Notes under the pieces: model-generated
What the model was told of the DNA's origin: nothing
The model's database searches: none
Seen by the model: only the letters and a program-made list of their open reading frames with translations
Shown: positions 24,607 through 37,076 of the stretch, in pieces
How the letters are laid out: each line of letters opens with the position of its first letter
How positions within the stretch are numbered: the first letter of the stretch is position 1
Made by a program: the position numbers and the translations under genes
Source: Eledone cirrhosa
Lineage: Eukaryota
Assembly: GCA_964016885.1 (NCBI GenBank)
Contig: OZ024742.1
Span: forward strand, 92,256,001 to 92,320,000
Length of the DNA: 64,000 bases
Reading direction: 5' to 3'

Positions 24607-26969
24607 GTTCAAAATCAACGAAAATTCCTATAATAGGCAACCGACCATAAATGTTTGAGAGTTTTGGTAATCTTTTTATCGACTTCACAGAAATGAACGG
24701 CTAGCTCCACGTTGAAGGAATTTGTTTTTGAGAATGTATGACATTGATTACCTTATACACTTGAATATAGATTTCATGATCAAATTTTTACTTAAGATAC
24801 ATAGTTGCACTATACACATGTATTTCTCGAGGGGTAGTTTGCATACATTTCCTGTGATTATAATCTACCTGGTAGATACATGCTCATTGTACCGTTGATT
24901 AACTTTTATAGTACTTGTAAATTCCTTTGATCTGAGTTTAGAAATCTAGATTCTTTCTTTCTATTGCTACATGAAGAGCAGAAAATCATTCATTATATAT
25001 GCTGCTTAATATATATATAAATACATTAGTTAAATGAAGAGTTTAAAATGATTTTTATTTTCTTTCGCAAATTTGAACATTCAAAAGTTAGATGGATATA
25101 TTCTACTGAACGAGTGTGAAATATATATTCAGCCAAGTGGATTGTATACAAGATTATCACAACTATTCCAGGTCTGGCCCCTATTTCAGACCTGCCGACC
25201 TCTAAAAACGCAAACGGGGATGTTCATGAAAAAAAGTGCCCCAAAACGGGGAGAAATGAGGAAAAATGGAAAGATTTTACATGATGAAAACTATACCTAT
25301 TTTCACAAGAGAAGACATCTCTCAGTCACCCCCAAAGTGGGTGGGAGATCTCCCCGTCGGACGGGGAGAGCTGACAGGTCTGCTATTCCCTAAGTATGAC
25401 TGAATGGTTACGAAGATCGTTTTACAATCATGAAGTCCCGAAGAAGTTCGTTTCGTAATTATGATGACATTGGTTCGATCCCATTGCGTGGCATTTTTGG
25501 CATGAGTCTTTACCATAGACCCAGGACACGCAAGCCTTGTTTGTCATTGGGTAGAGGAAAAATTAAATGGAAACCCAACGCGTGAATTGTATCTATAATT
25601 GTATCTGTAATTGTATCTATAGTTGTATCTATAATTGTATCTATTCTTTTATCATGTACAATATCATGCGGATTCGGCTTGGAAACTCCGTTAAGGGTGC
25701 ACGTGTCTTTGGAATACTCAACTTATCAAACGTTAATTCATAAATTATATTAATTTGATCGAACAACATAATGCTCATCGTCGAACCTGACAGAAGATCT
25801 ATCACTCATCCTCGCCTCAAAATTATCCGACCTCATACGCACAGAATTACATCTGTCCTGTGACTCAGTAAGGTATATATGCACCGGATTCGAGCTCATG
25901 ACACATGCATTACTTGTCTAATAATTTATTCACTGATTTATTTATCCTTCGCTTCTCTTTCTCTCATTTCCTATCCTTATTACCGAACGTCCGGTACCAA
26001 TGCTCCCCAGTGGCTCCTCTTCCTCACCTTGACTGTGCACTCCGCTAGCATTCTTATCGTCTAATTATAGCTTTAATTAAGCTATACACAAAATAACAAC
26101 AAACGTTGATTAGTTGAACTGTTGTTTATTGCATGACAAATATTTACAAACGTAAGAAAGAGTGATCTACACCTAAATCCCAGGTTTTCTTACCCCACTC
26201 AGGGGAAGTGCCTTCTTTATTCACCAGTTCAATATCAAGTCTACAATAAAATGTCCCTCTTCAACCGTTCGTATTTTAGGAACTCGCGGGCAATTCTCTA
26301 CACAATCCCTGATGTCATCATTTCAGCGTTTCTTCAGTTTTCTTCTCGATCTTCTACCATCAATGCCTCCCTTCAGAATGTGGATAGAGAGGTCCTAAGC
26401 CTGATGATATAGCAGATGTATTGCTGCTTTCGCTTCCTTGTAGTTGCGATCATCTGTATCTCCGTTCCTATCTCCCCCAGAACCGACTCATTAGATTTGT
26501 GGCCCACCCTTATAATCTATTTACTTTACCTCCAGTGAAATATAGCGGGTATATACATGACAGGTGCTTGTGTATATATGAATAGGTATATGTATGTGTA
26601 CATATATATGAGAATGTATGTGTGGATATGTGTTCATGTGACTGCACGATATATATAGGTGTGTGTGTGAATATGTATGTTTGTGAATATGTATGTATAT
26701 ATGAACGCGAGTATGTATGTGTGAGTATATGTGAGTGTGTGTGTATATATGTGAATGTGTGCGCGTGTATGTGTGCGCGTGTATGTGCGTTCGTGTGTGT
26801 GACACCAATAAAATGATGAAATGAGACAAGGAAATGAATGACTGTTTTATTCACCCCCTGCCAACAAATCCCAATGACATCAATTCATAACAACAGAGTT
26901 AACATAGCTCACATTTTATTGCTATTCAAACCGGGGGCTACACCCCAGTGAGCCAATGAGGCAAACGCA

Positions 26970-27470
26970 AATCTCCAGGTCTCTACAGTCTACCCTACGA
27001 ATTTTACGTAGCAATGCCGGACTTGTTCTCCGGTCTCCTGGAAGCGGTCTACTGCAACTGGCAGCAGAACGGGAGAATTCCCAGTTCTGGGACCAAGGGC
27101 GTAGTCACGTTAGTCAGGAAGGACGAGAATAAGGGGGATGACATAGGCAACTTCCGGCCCATAACTCTGCTAAACACAGAGTTACAGATTTTGGCCAAGG
27201 TGTTGGCAAAGAGGCTGGCGCTTGTCGTCGAAAACCTGCTGGGAGAAGCGCAGACATGCGCAATCCCGACCAGGTCCATACACGACAACCTCCACCTCAT
27301 GCGATACATCATAGAGAGGGTAGGGTGTAAACCCGGCTTCGGTGGGGCCCTGATCAACTTGGATCAGTCTAAGGCTTTCGATAGGGTTGGCCATCGTTAC
27401 GTGGATGCGGTGCTCGAGGCGGCAGGCTTCGGACCTGTGTTCAGGGGCTGGATTGCTGCAATGCACAGCA
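26970..27470 (+). pseudogene. L1/Tx1-like LINE reverse transcriptase fragment
   Basis: KGVVTLVRK...NFRPITLLNTELQILAKVLAKRL...QTCAIPTRSIHDNL...LDQSKAFDRV. Confidence 0.85.
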
Positions 27471-27489
27471 GCAACATCTGCTCAAGGGT

Positions 27490-28500
27490 CAAGATTTTTC
27501 GTATTTCAACTAATCTGACCTCCAGCATACTCGCTATCGACTTATTTTCCGAAAACAGAATGGAGGAGAATTTACTACTCTTTTTAGCTAGCACCCAGGT
27601 ATGGTCTGTTCGTCCATCAGGCTATCTATATATAGAGAGAGAAATATTACTCAACCTCACTCATTCCACCTCCCCTTCTCTCTAACTTCCTAAAACTTCT
27701 CTAGGTGTTTTCGATTGTTATCGACTGATCTAACATCTGACTCCTTTTTCTGAAAACGGATGCGGGGATGGAAGGGGTCCCTTAGAATTACAGCCGTTTA
27801 AATTTACAGATCGTGAAGAAATCGTTTTTTTTTTTCGTGTGTGCGTGGGGCGGGGGGTCGTATGTTTTCAACTAATCTGATTTTTAACGTGTTCGCCATC
27901 TCCTTTTCTTCCGGAAAAGAAATGCGGGTGAAAGGGGGGTAACCAATAAAGTATCTGTGCAAAAAAGTCAACAATGGTTCCGATGTTATCATGTTTGTGC
28001 TACAAAAATGAAATATGTCCGATGAGCTGTCGAACACGTCCGATATATCAGCAGTAGAAAGCGGGGAGGGGTTGGCACTCGGATTTTCCCAGTCTCGGAG
28101 ATTTCCTCCGTGAGAATGGTTTTCTTTTCTAGGTGTTTTCGTTTGTTTTCGAACGATCTGACATCTGACTCACTCGCCAACGACTCCTCTTCCGGAAAAC
28201 AGAGGCGGGGTGTGAGGGGGACCCCTGGAGTTACAGCTAAGCGCCTCTCAACCGTTTAAATTTATAGAAAAGCACTCGCTGGGGATCACGAAGAAATTTT
28301 TTTTTTCCTAGGCTTTTTCATGTTTTTCAACTAATCTGACATCCGACATGCACATAATTGCCTTATTTTCGAAAACGGAATTGTGGAGGAACCATCGGAT
28401 TTTCCCAGCTTTGGAAATTTCTTCAGTGGGAATAGCAGGGGTGGGAAGGAAGGAGTACTCTCAGAGTTACAGATAAGCCATTTAAATTTATAGAAAAGCA
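27490..28500. repeat. Degenerate repeat array, ~5 related units
   Basis: Recurrent ttttcaactaatctgac(a/c)tcc...ttttccg(g)aaaac(a/g)ga and ccgtttaaattta motifs near 27500, 27720, 27865, 28150, 28325. Confidence 0.7.
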
Positions 28501-28559
28501 ATCCTTTGATATTGAAGGATGTTTTGATCTTTCACTATTTTGCACTGTTATGGAAAGCG

Positions 28560-29125
28560 TTGTAAATTTAATTAACCAAGTGTTCCCAAATTTCGGAATC
28601 CATAATTCCAACAAGGAGTGGCTTTGTGACAGAGCAATCATTGTCCTCCAATATCACAGTGAATGCCATCAACAAAAATCTCTCACAAATGATCCATGGG
28701 GTAGCTAAGTCTATCGACAGAGTTGTCAGCGAGGACAAAGCTGTTTATTATCCAGGTGAATTTCTCAACAGTCTGGATCCGTCAAGTATCTTGCCACACA
28801 ACATTGAATTGAAGAAGATCATAATCATCATGCTTCTCAGAAACCTTGATCAGCCAAGATTGTGCAATGAGTCGCATATGGTTGTGACTGAACTACAGCC
28901 TCACTTTATCCAAGCCAAAATTTTCACTGGCTGTGAACAGATGTCCCTTTTCATTTCAAACAATTGCAATTCCCAGTGAGAAGCAGTTACGCAATTATCA
29001 TCAAGTCCCAAGGTAAAACACTGCAGGTTGTCAGACTCCAACAAGACGAGGGCTGTTTCCCACGTGGTCAATTGTATCTAGGTTGTTCCAGAGTAGGAAG
29101 TCCCCACAAACTCTTCATATATGCC
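28560..29125 (+). pseudogene. Helitron PIF1-like helicase C-terminal fragment, degraded
   Basis: LINQVFPN..WLCDRAII, YPGEFLNSL...PHNIELK..IMLLRNLDQPRLCN, KSQGKTL, GQLYLGCSRVG. Confidence 0.85.
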
Positions 29126-30640
29126 ACAAAGAAAAAAAATTAAAACATTCAAACATTATGTCACATATATAATAACTTAACAGTCCGTTAACGTGAATCT
29201 TTGTTTCAGTTTTCAAAACACCTTCCAATATCTTTTTAAGATGAATATTTCTACTATAACAAATGAAATAAACAAAAATATAATCATGTACCTGCCCCTA
29301 CTACGCAAAGACGTATTAAAAACTTTTCATTCAATACCATGTATTTAAGCTTACGTCTTTTTCAAACCAGTTATTGAAATGAGAAAATGAAACATAATTA
29401 TGCATTGAAAATGTTTATAAGACGTAAATTACGAGGACATACTAAATTGAGTTTAGTTCTTAATCTTTTAAAATCTAAGACTCTAGAGTTAATAAAACTG
29501 TCGTAATATAGTTAGCCCAAATCAATTGAATTATGCAAAACAACTTTCATTTTTTATGTTTCCCACTTTGACAGTTATAAATGAACTTTATTGCGAATTT
29601 CTGTTTATATTTTTCACATTTTGAAATCGAATCTTGCGCTTTCATGGTGGTTCGCTTAGGGACCATCAGTCTATACTAAAGTCTACTGACAACTACTATC
29701 ATTATAGAATCTTTTTAAATCGAAGATAATCAAACATGCTGTCCACCATATATGTAGCAGATAGCGAACAATAGAAGTCTGCAACAAGATTTCGATACCC
29801 AGTTAAAACATGTGATAATTTCTACTAGATATTGTTGCTGATATTTTTTTAGATACAAGACAGTCCTGACCAAGCCGTCCTTAGACCAAAGACATTCCAA
29901 TCATGACCATACTGTCAGTTTTGTTTCAGTCATAGCCTGTTGCAACTACATTATACGGGTACAATATGTCCTTATTCATAACAATATAATGTGATCTGAG
30001 GAAGATTCGGGTGAACTTGGCTGCTATATCTAGTAGGTCAGTCGAGCAGAGTTTAGGAACCTTTTCAATCTGAAGAATGATTTTTAGCCAATAAAATTGA
30101 ACCCACTACATGATAGGTATTATATTTTATCGACACTGGGAGGATGAAAGGCAAAATTGACATCGGCAGGATTTGAACTCAGACCATAAAAAGCCGTAAC
30201 AATATGCCGCGAATTATTTTGTCCAAACAAATCTGAGTAGTTACCACCTTTGGTCATGATAACTAAATTACTAAATAAATAAAATAACAGTTTCAACGTG
30301 CTTTGGAGCCACATGAAATAGATTAAAGAGGTGCCTGAGGCTCCGGAACCTCACCTTTCGACCTCTGCCATTGAGGCTACTTCATTAGTATGTCATTTTT
30401 TATAATCTCTCCTTATATTTTCTGTCTCGTATATTTCCGTAGACAATCTTCTGGGCAGTGAAGCTGATTGATCTAACAAGGCAGCCATATTACATCAGTT
30501 ACTGTCTTGTCACCTTGAGTCATTAGAGGATAAAACAGAACTTTACTTCGAACCATATAGTTCAATAAATTTATTCTGTCCAAAGCCACAACAACAACCA
30601 CTATCAACAAACAACATAAACATCACTGCCACCATATATA

Positions 30641-30819
30641 TGACGGTCTGTTGAAAAGTTCACAGGCTGACTATAAAAGAGTGATGCTAGAGCTGTGAAA
30701 TCTTGCATGCATTTATTTCAACTCTATTTATTAATAATTGCATTGTTTCTTTCCAGGGATTATGTTGAAAAATAAACCTCATTTGGTCATTCCATGAGAG
30801 TATCTCGGTCAGCCTCGTA
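30641..30819. mobile_element. Mariner-like MITE, second copy
   Basis: Internal sequence agctgtgaaatcttg.atgcatt.atttcaa shared with 16675-16883. Confidence 0.7.
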
Positions 30820-31251
30820 TATATGTATGTATGTATATATGTGTGTGTGTGTGTATTGCCATGTCTGTATTTATGTCCCATAACTTAGCAGTTGGACAAG
30901 AAAGCTAGAGAAAATAAGTAAAAGGTTTAAAAAAATAAGTACTAAGTCACGATATGATCGACTTTAAGGTGATGCTGCGGTATGGCCGCAATTCAATGAC
31001 TTAAAAATGACAATGATAAAAGTGTAGATATGTTAGAAAAGTGTCAGGGTGATAGGAAATAGGAACCATTATAAAGACTAAGTAATTAACCCTTTGAAAG
31101 TAATGCTAGGGAAATAGATAAAACACGGTGGCAATTATAAGGTATGCTTTTGCCTTTATAAATTTTCCTGTTATCCCGATGAATATACTTACATGTGAGT
31201 ACACATCTACATAAAGAATTCTATACGCTTATCTCTCCCCCCCCCCCCCCA

Positions 31252-31290
<39 letters not shown>

Positions 31291-31482
31291 TATACATACA
31301 TACATCTAATGTTGTTATTCTGCAAGCTGTTTTGACCCCTGGTGTCACAGGTGAGACGGTAACAACGTGACACTTCAAAGAGAGTTATGCAGTAACTATG
31401 TCTGGCTTAGCTGTCTATGTTCCAGAAAGATGGAGTGAGAAACAGTTGAATACAAACGAATTATTACATGGATACACGTGTG

Positions 31483-31590
<108 letters not shown>

Positions 31591-32164
31591 CATATGTATT
31601 CACAAACATTTTTTCTCTCTTATTAAATCTCAAAATCTCTCTTAAAAATCTCATTATTTAGCCGAGAACAACCTATTTTATCTGGCCATAGCAAAAGAGT
31701 TTGTGTGATAGACGTGACTGAAGACAGACACTTTCTTCATTGACCTAGTTCTTATCAATCTTTTCAGATTTTACTTAAAAAGGATATAGAGGGATGATGG
31801 AAGAGTTGTCTCCCAGCAAATTTGTTGAAAGGTGGACAAGAGTGGTGAACGTGATCTGAGCGAATGAACCTAATCTGAGCATGTACCTGTAGATTAAACT
31901 AGAGTAGCCCGAAGTGGGTCGTTATCTTAATGGTCAGAGTGACCATGTTCTGTGAAATTTCCAGGAAGACCCATCGGATGTTTCCCTTCTCGTGGAAATA
32001 TTTTTCATTATTTGAATTTTTTTATTACACCTTTTGATTTTGTTATTTCTCCTTTTTTACACTAATCTGCATATAAACCCTCACTGTATCGTCTTGTACC
32101 GTCCTTAGTCCTTTTAAAAACATTTTGGTTACCAGCATCACCACCACCATTATTATGATTTGTG

Positions 32165-32530
32165 ATTTGCCTTTAATCCTTACGGGGTCGATAAAATAAA
32201 GTACCAGTAATGCACTGGGATAATTGCTGGCCTTGTGCTAAAAGTAGAAACAATTATTATGCTTTGCAGTATAGAGTTATGGCCCTTTCATTCTGAGTTC
32301 CAATCCCGCCGATGTTAGCTTTGCTTTCATCTTTACGGGTTCGATAAAATAAAGCACACGATTAAATCGACCCCAGTGCATTACTGGTACTTTATTTTAT
32401 CGACCCTGTAAAGATGAAAGACAAAGCTAACCTCGGCGGGATTTGAACTTTGAACGTATAGGGCTGTAACTCTATACCGATTTAATCGACTTTCCCCTCC
32501 CATAAATTGCTGGTCTTGTGCCTATAGTAG
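32165..32530. mobile_element. Cluster of SINE family A fragments in both orientations
   Basis: Three cores at ~32170 (+), ~32320 (+) and ~32400 (-). Confidence 0.8.
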
Positions 32531-32532
32531 AA

Positions 32533-33038
32533 AATAGAATATATTTAGAATTTAGCTTCGTGCATAGCTGTATACAGGTATGTATTGGTATTTCGTATTT
32601 CTAAAGAAATACGGTATGTTTATAAATAAACATTTAAAAAAAAGCTCTGTAAAAATACCGGCAGCTATCACTACCTAGTGGTGTCCAGCAGAAGTAAGGG
32701 GGACAAACGTCGATGCATTTCGAACTAAACTAGTTCTAATTAGGACGATCCCTCCCGCTCTTGCAACTGCTGGACGTTAAAAACAGGCGAAAATATATAG
32801 TTTTCTCATCTGTGTAAATGAGGTGATTAATCTCATTTGCATATGAAGCTGTATAAGTTGGCTCAACTTATAATAGAATAGAATTAGAATTTAGGAGGCG
32901 ATAGCTTCCTGTGTTTTTGCATAGCTACGGCTTTCTAAATGTTTATTTATAAACATACCGTATTTCTTTAGAAATGCGAAATTCCAATACAAATTAGTAT
33001 ACAGCTATGCTCGAAGCTAAATTATAATTCTATTCTAT
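32533..33038 (-). mobile_element. ~345-bp hammerhead-bearing unit plus inverted partial copy; homologous to the 60020-60630 repeat
   Basis: Minus strand contains aaaactatatattttcgcctgttt and a degenerate hammerhead at 32708-32747; 32533-32678 is inverted at 32892-33038. Confidence 0.8.
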
Positions 33039-34994
33039 TATTATTAATAATCCCGCCGAGGTTAACTTTGCCTTTCATCCTTACGGGGTCGATAAAATAA
33101 AGTACCAGTAATGTACTTGTGCCAAAAGTAGAAACAATTATATTATTATCGTAGAGCGGGATTGAATTAGACCTAGTTTCGGTGGATCACTGGTAAATCC
33201 TGACATGTTCAATGGTTTTGACATGGTTGATCATCGCTAAACGAAGGTTTTCATAAGAGCAACCAATTTCGGTTCCAATATTTTCCGTGATCATATCACA
33301 GCCACTTCAATAACCGTAAGAGAACGCCAAATACATGTATTTCAGGATCGTCAATGTCAATTACTCATTAATGGTTTCTTTATTTATAGATATTGCAAAT
33401 AATACGCCATCATCAAAAATATGTTATATGTAAAATCTATTTATAAGAAGCATTAGCTTTTATACTTCAGTACAGAGTGTATAGGTGTCACAGATGATGG
33501 ATTAACCATCCTAAATACATGTATTTAATGTTCTTACATTGTTACGGAGGTAGATGTGATATGATCACAATTAAAAATACTCACAGTAAGACTATATATA
33601 TGTATGTTCATTATATATAAACATCCAATTTATGCTTCCTTGTACGTCTCTATTAGTTTCATATATTAAAATATTCATAAAAAACATTGAGTGGCACCGA
33701 GAAATTATATTACTTGATAATTTAATTATAACATTTTGATGGAAGCATATTTATTTAATGAAAAGATGGTTGTGATTATTTGATTATTTCCTGCGCTGAT
33801 AATGTATAATATTATTTAAATTAAAAGGATAGTGGATTGGTAGCTATGGTAGAGCATCCGATAAATATACTATTGCAGTATTTCTTCTGGATCTTTACAT
33901 TCTGAATTCAAATTTCACCTATCTCAAATTTGCCTTTCATCTTTCCAGGGTCGTTCAAATAAAGTACCAGCCATGTACTTGAGTAGATAGAATTGACACC
34001 CTCCCCTAACTCCGATTGTTGGTTGTGTAGCTAAATTAGAAATCAATATTATTTAGATCAAATTCTAGTATCTCCTTGGGCATGTTTCTTACATAAATCA
34101 CCTCCCCTGGATCATTTCTAAACCTTATATTATCTTTTATATTTTTATTCTTCTACTTATCTTTTAGTTAGTAGACTGCTGCCATGCTGAAACATTGAAA
34201 TTATTTAGTCGTTCATATTTTTCAAGCCTGGTAATTCTTTCGTTTTTTTGTTTTTTTTTTGTTTCTCGAACTGCTAAATAACGTAAACACATAAATACAG
34301 GCAGACAGACACATATGTAAACATGGACACACACACATATCATATCATGTATATATATGTGTGTGTGTGTGTGTGCGTGTGTGTGACGAGCTTCTGCAAT
34401 TTCCTACTACCAATTTAACTCTTTTTATAGGTTTATTCGTTACTGAGATGAGGAAGAGTAGTTCTCGTGACCTTCGTGGTCCCTCCAACAATTGGTCAAA
34501 TTTAGGAAGTTGGTAACCACATTAAACATCTTTAGATCCAATTTTGGGGAGCATGGTTGAGCAACGTGTTTATTGAGTGGTCTGAGGTGCAACGCATCAA
34601 GGGTGAAAGAGTCATGCTGTTATCTAGTTAAATAAAATAGGCTTTTAAAATTATTTCGAAAGAGATACAGAGAAGGAAATGCACATCTATAAGCCAGTAG
34701 TTGTAGCATCATGAGATCTTTGCCACTTACTCGGATGGTCTTTATAATGATATGATCTTGAACATCGATTTACAACTTTTTACAAAACTTACTTTACGAA
34801 ATGAATGAGGTAAACATTATGTGCCACCAAATATGAATAAGTTTACTTTCAATTGCATTATGCAACACAGTAGGAACTAAAATTCACCGTTGACCACCAA
34901 CATATTGGTATACGTCACTGGTGGTTTACCCGGAATACTATGTCCCCCCCCCCCCCCCACATACACATTACACTAGAATGTTTGTTGACGTATT

Positions 34995-35029
<35 letters not shown>

Positions 35030-35033
<4 letters not shown>

Positions 35034-35502
35034 AATAAATAAAAAGAATTGTCGCTCTACATGGCTGAATACAATAAATGCAATCTGAGTTTACATGCCA
35101 ACACAAGAGCAAGAATGCGGGGCTCATTCTACTGACATGGCTTTAGGATACTAATAATTATTCATCCGCTGATGAGCAAGAATTGGTATTCCTCTTCACA
35201 ATTAATTTTGCGAAACAGCATTATCAAAGCTGTGCGGGTGATTGCTAGTTACCACCATTCCAGTTTGTATTTACTTTCTTGATTTATTCTTAAATTGAGT
35301 CTGGCAAACCCTATTGTCTATAGTTAGTATTCTTTTCACCTTAGTCAATCTGGTCCCTTACGATTTGAACACATATATGTATATGTTTGTGTTCGTTTTT
35401 CTTTTATATTCAGTTATAGTAAACGGCTCGCAAAAATCTCTTTCCTAGAGCTATTTTATTGTAAGAGACTATTTTGAGTTTCTAACTCAATATATACCTT
35501 TG

Positions 35503-35505
<3 letters not shown>
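35030..35505 (+). mobile_element. ~475-bp non-coding cassette between (TA)n arrays carrying a type I hammerhead
   Basis: (TA)n on both sides; hammerhead at 35162-35241. Confidence 0.65.
35162..35241 (+). ncRNA. Type I hammerhead fold with non-canonical GUG at the cleavage site
   Basis: UCAUCCG-CUGAUGA-GCAA(g)AAUUGG...UUAAUUUUGC-GAAA-CAGC-loop-GCUG-UG-CGGGUGA. Confidence 0.8.
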
Positions 35506-35588
<83 letters not shown>

Positions 35589-35590
<2 letters not shown>

Positions 35591-35875
35591 AATAACAAGT
35601 TTTCGTTTTAAGTAATCCAGTTAAAGGTTGAGTACTCTGTACTATGGATCGTTTTAACGTACGGCGTTGTTTAACTCAACAAGAGGTTTCCTTAGTTAGG
35701 TAGCGAGTTTGCGAGAATTCCCATGCAGGTTATTCTTGGAGTAATAGTAGTGAAAGAGTGAAGAATGATATGGTCAGCTGTACAAAAAGGGTTTTTTTCA
35801 ATAAAACAATTGTTAATACTGTAAATAAAACCCTTTTTGTACAGCCGACCATGTTATTCTTCACTCTTTAACTAT
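35589..35875. mobile_element. (TA)n-embedded element with terminal hairpin; inverted homologue at 58475-58860
   Basis: Shared ataacaagtt..cgtt..a.gtaatccagtta.aggttg; palindrome 35748-35875. Confidence 0.75.
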
Positions 35876-36465
35876 ATATATATATACCCATATATGTTTG
35901 GGTGTATATATGCATATTTCTATATATAATCCTATAATAACTCTACAATATTTTTTTTTCAAATTTAATAGCAAACCCATTAAAAATATTTAGTTAAATA
36001 TTTAAAATCTATCTAGCGTCTAAACTTAACGGACCTTTTCAGTTTTGACGTTATCCTCATTAGCATATTTCCCCTTAGTTTTAAAAAATTATATTCATTT
36101 TCTTCACTGAACTTAACATGAAGTTCACACCAATTATTATATTTTATCTGACGAAAGCGTACTAAAATATTAGTACCCTTGACAGCAACTGATCAGAGTT
36201 GAGGTGTTTTCTGTTCGGAATCTTTTCAATTCCAAACCTTTTACACACCTCCTTCTTTTCCTGCCAACGGGTCAACAAACGACTCCCAGTAACTTCTCTG
36301 ACAGGCACTTGTCACCAAGCTTTATGTGGCTGTCATGCAATATTTCATGGGAGAATGTAAGGGTAGTATTTTCTAACATGATAACCATATTATTGTCTAT
36401 TGCTTATTCGGAGAGAGAAAAAGAGAGAGAGCGAGAGAGTGTGACAGAGAGAGAGAGAGAGAGAA

Positions 36466-36530
<65 letters not shown>

Positions 36531-36696
36531 ACGAAAGAAATTTATAGAAAAAATAAGCAATAAGCAAAAGATAACTACAGAAAATGAGCAAGGTTACGAG
36601 ATAGAGAGTATGTGTGTGTAAGAAATGAGAAAGAGGGAGAGGGAGTGAGGAAATAATAATAATAATTGTTTCTATTTTTGGCACAAAGCCAGCAAT

Positions 36697-36767
<71 letters not shown>

Positions 36768-36885
36768 GTGGTTACACAACAGTTAGTTCACCATACCGAG
36801 AACAATTGTTTCACCTTAGCGGATCCTAACTCATCCTATGGACTGAGTGCTCTACCACTACGGATATTACCTTCCAGTGTTCTTC

Positions 36886-36918
<33 letters not shown>

Positions 36919-37076
36919 AAGGATACTATTTATGGTTATGTATATATTAAACTTTTTATAGTTATTTATATTTTAAATCCTAAACAGTGAAGGTCAGTAA
37001 TTTATTACTACCTTATTACCAGTAAGATAAATAGCTCAATGTAATAACATCAGTTGTTCTACAGAGCAGTTATATA

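Noticed and set aside
25980-26510. Possible solo LTR
   Set aside because: No clear TG…CA termini, TSD or second copy in the window
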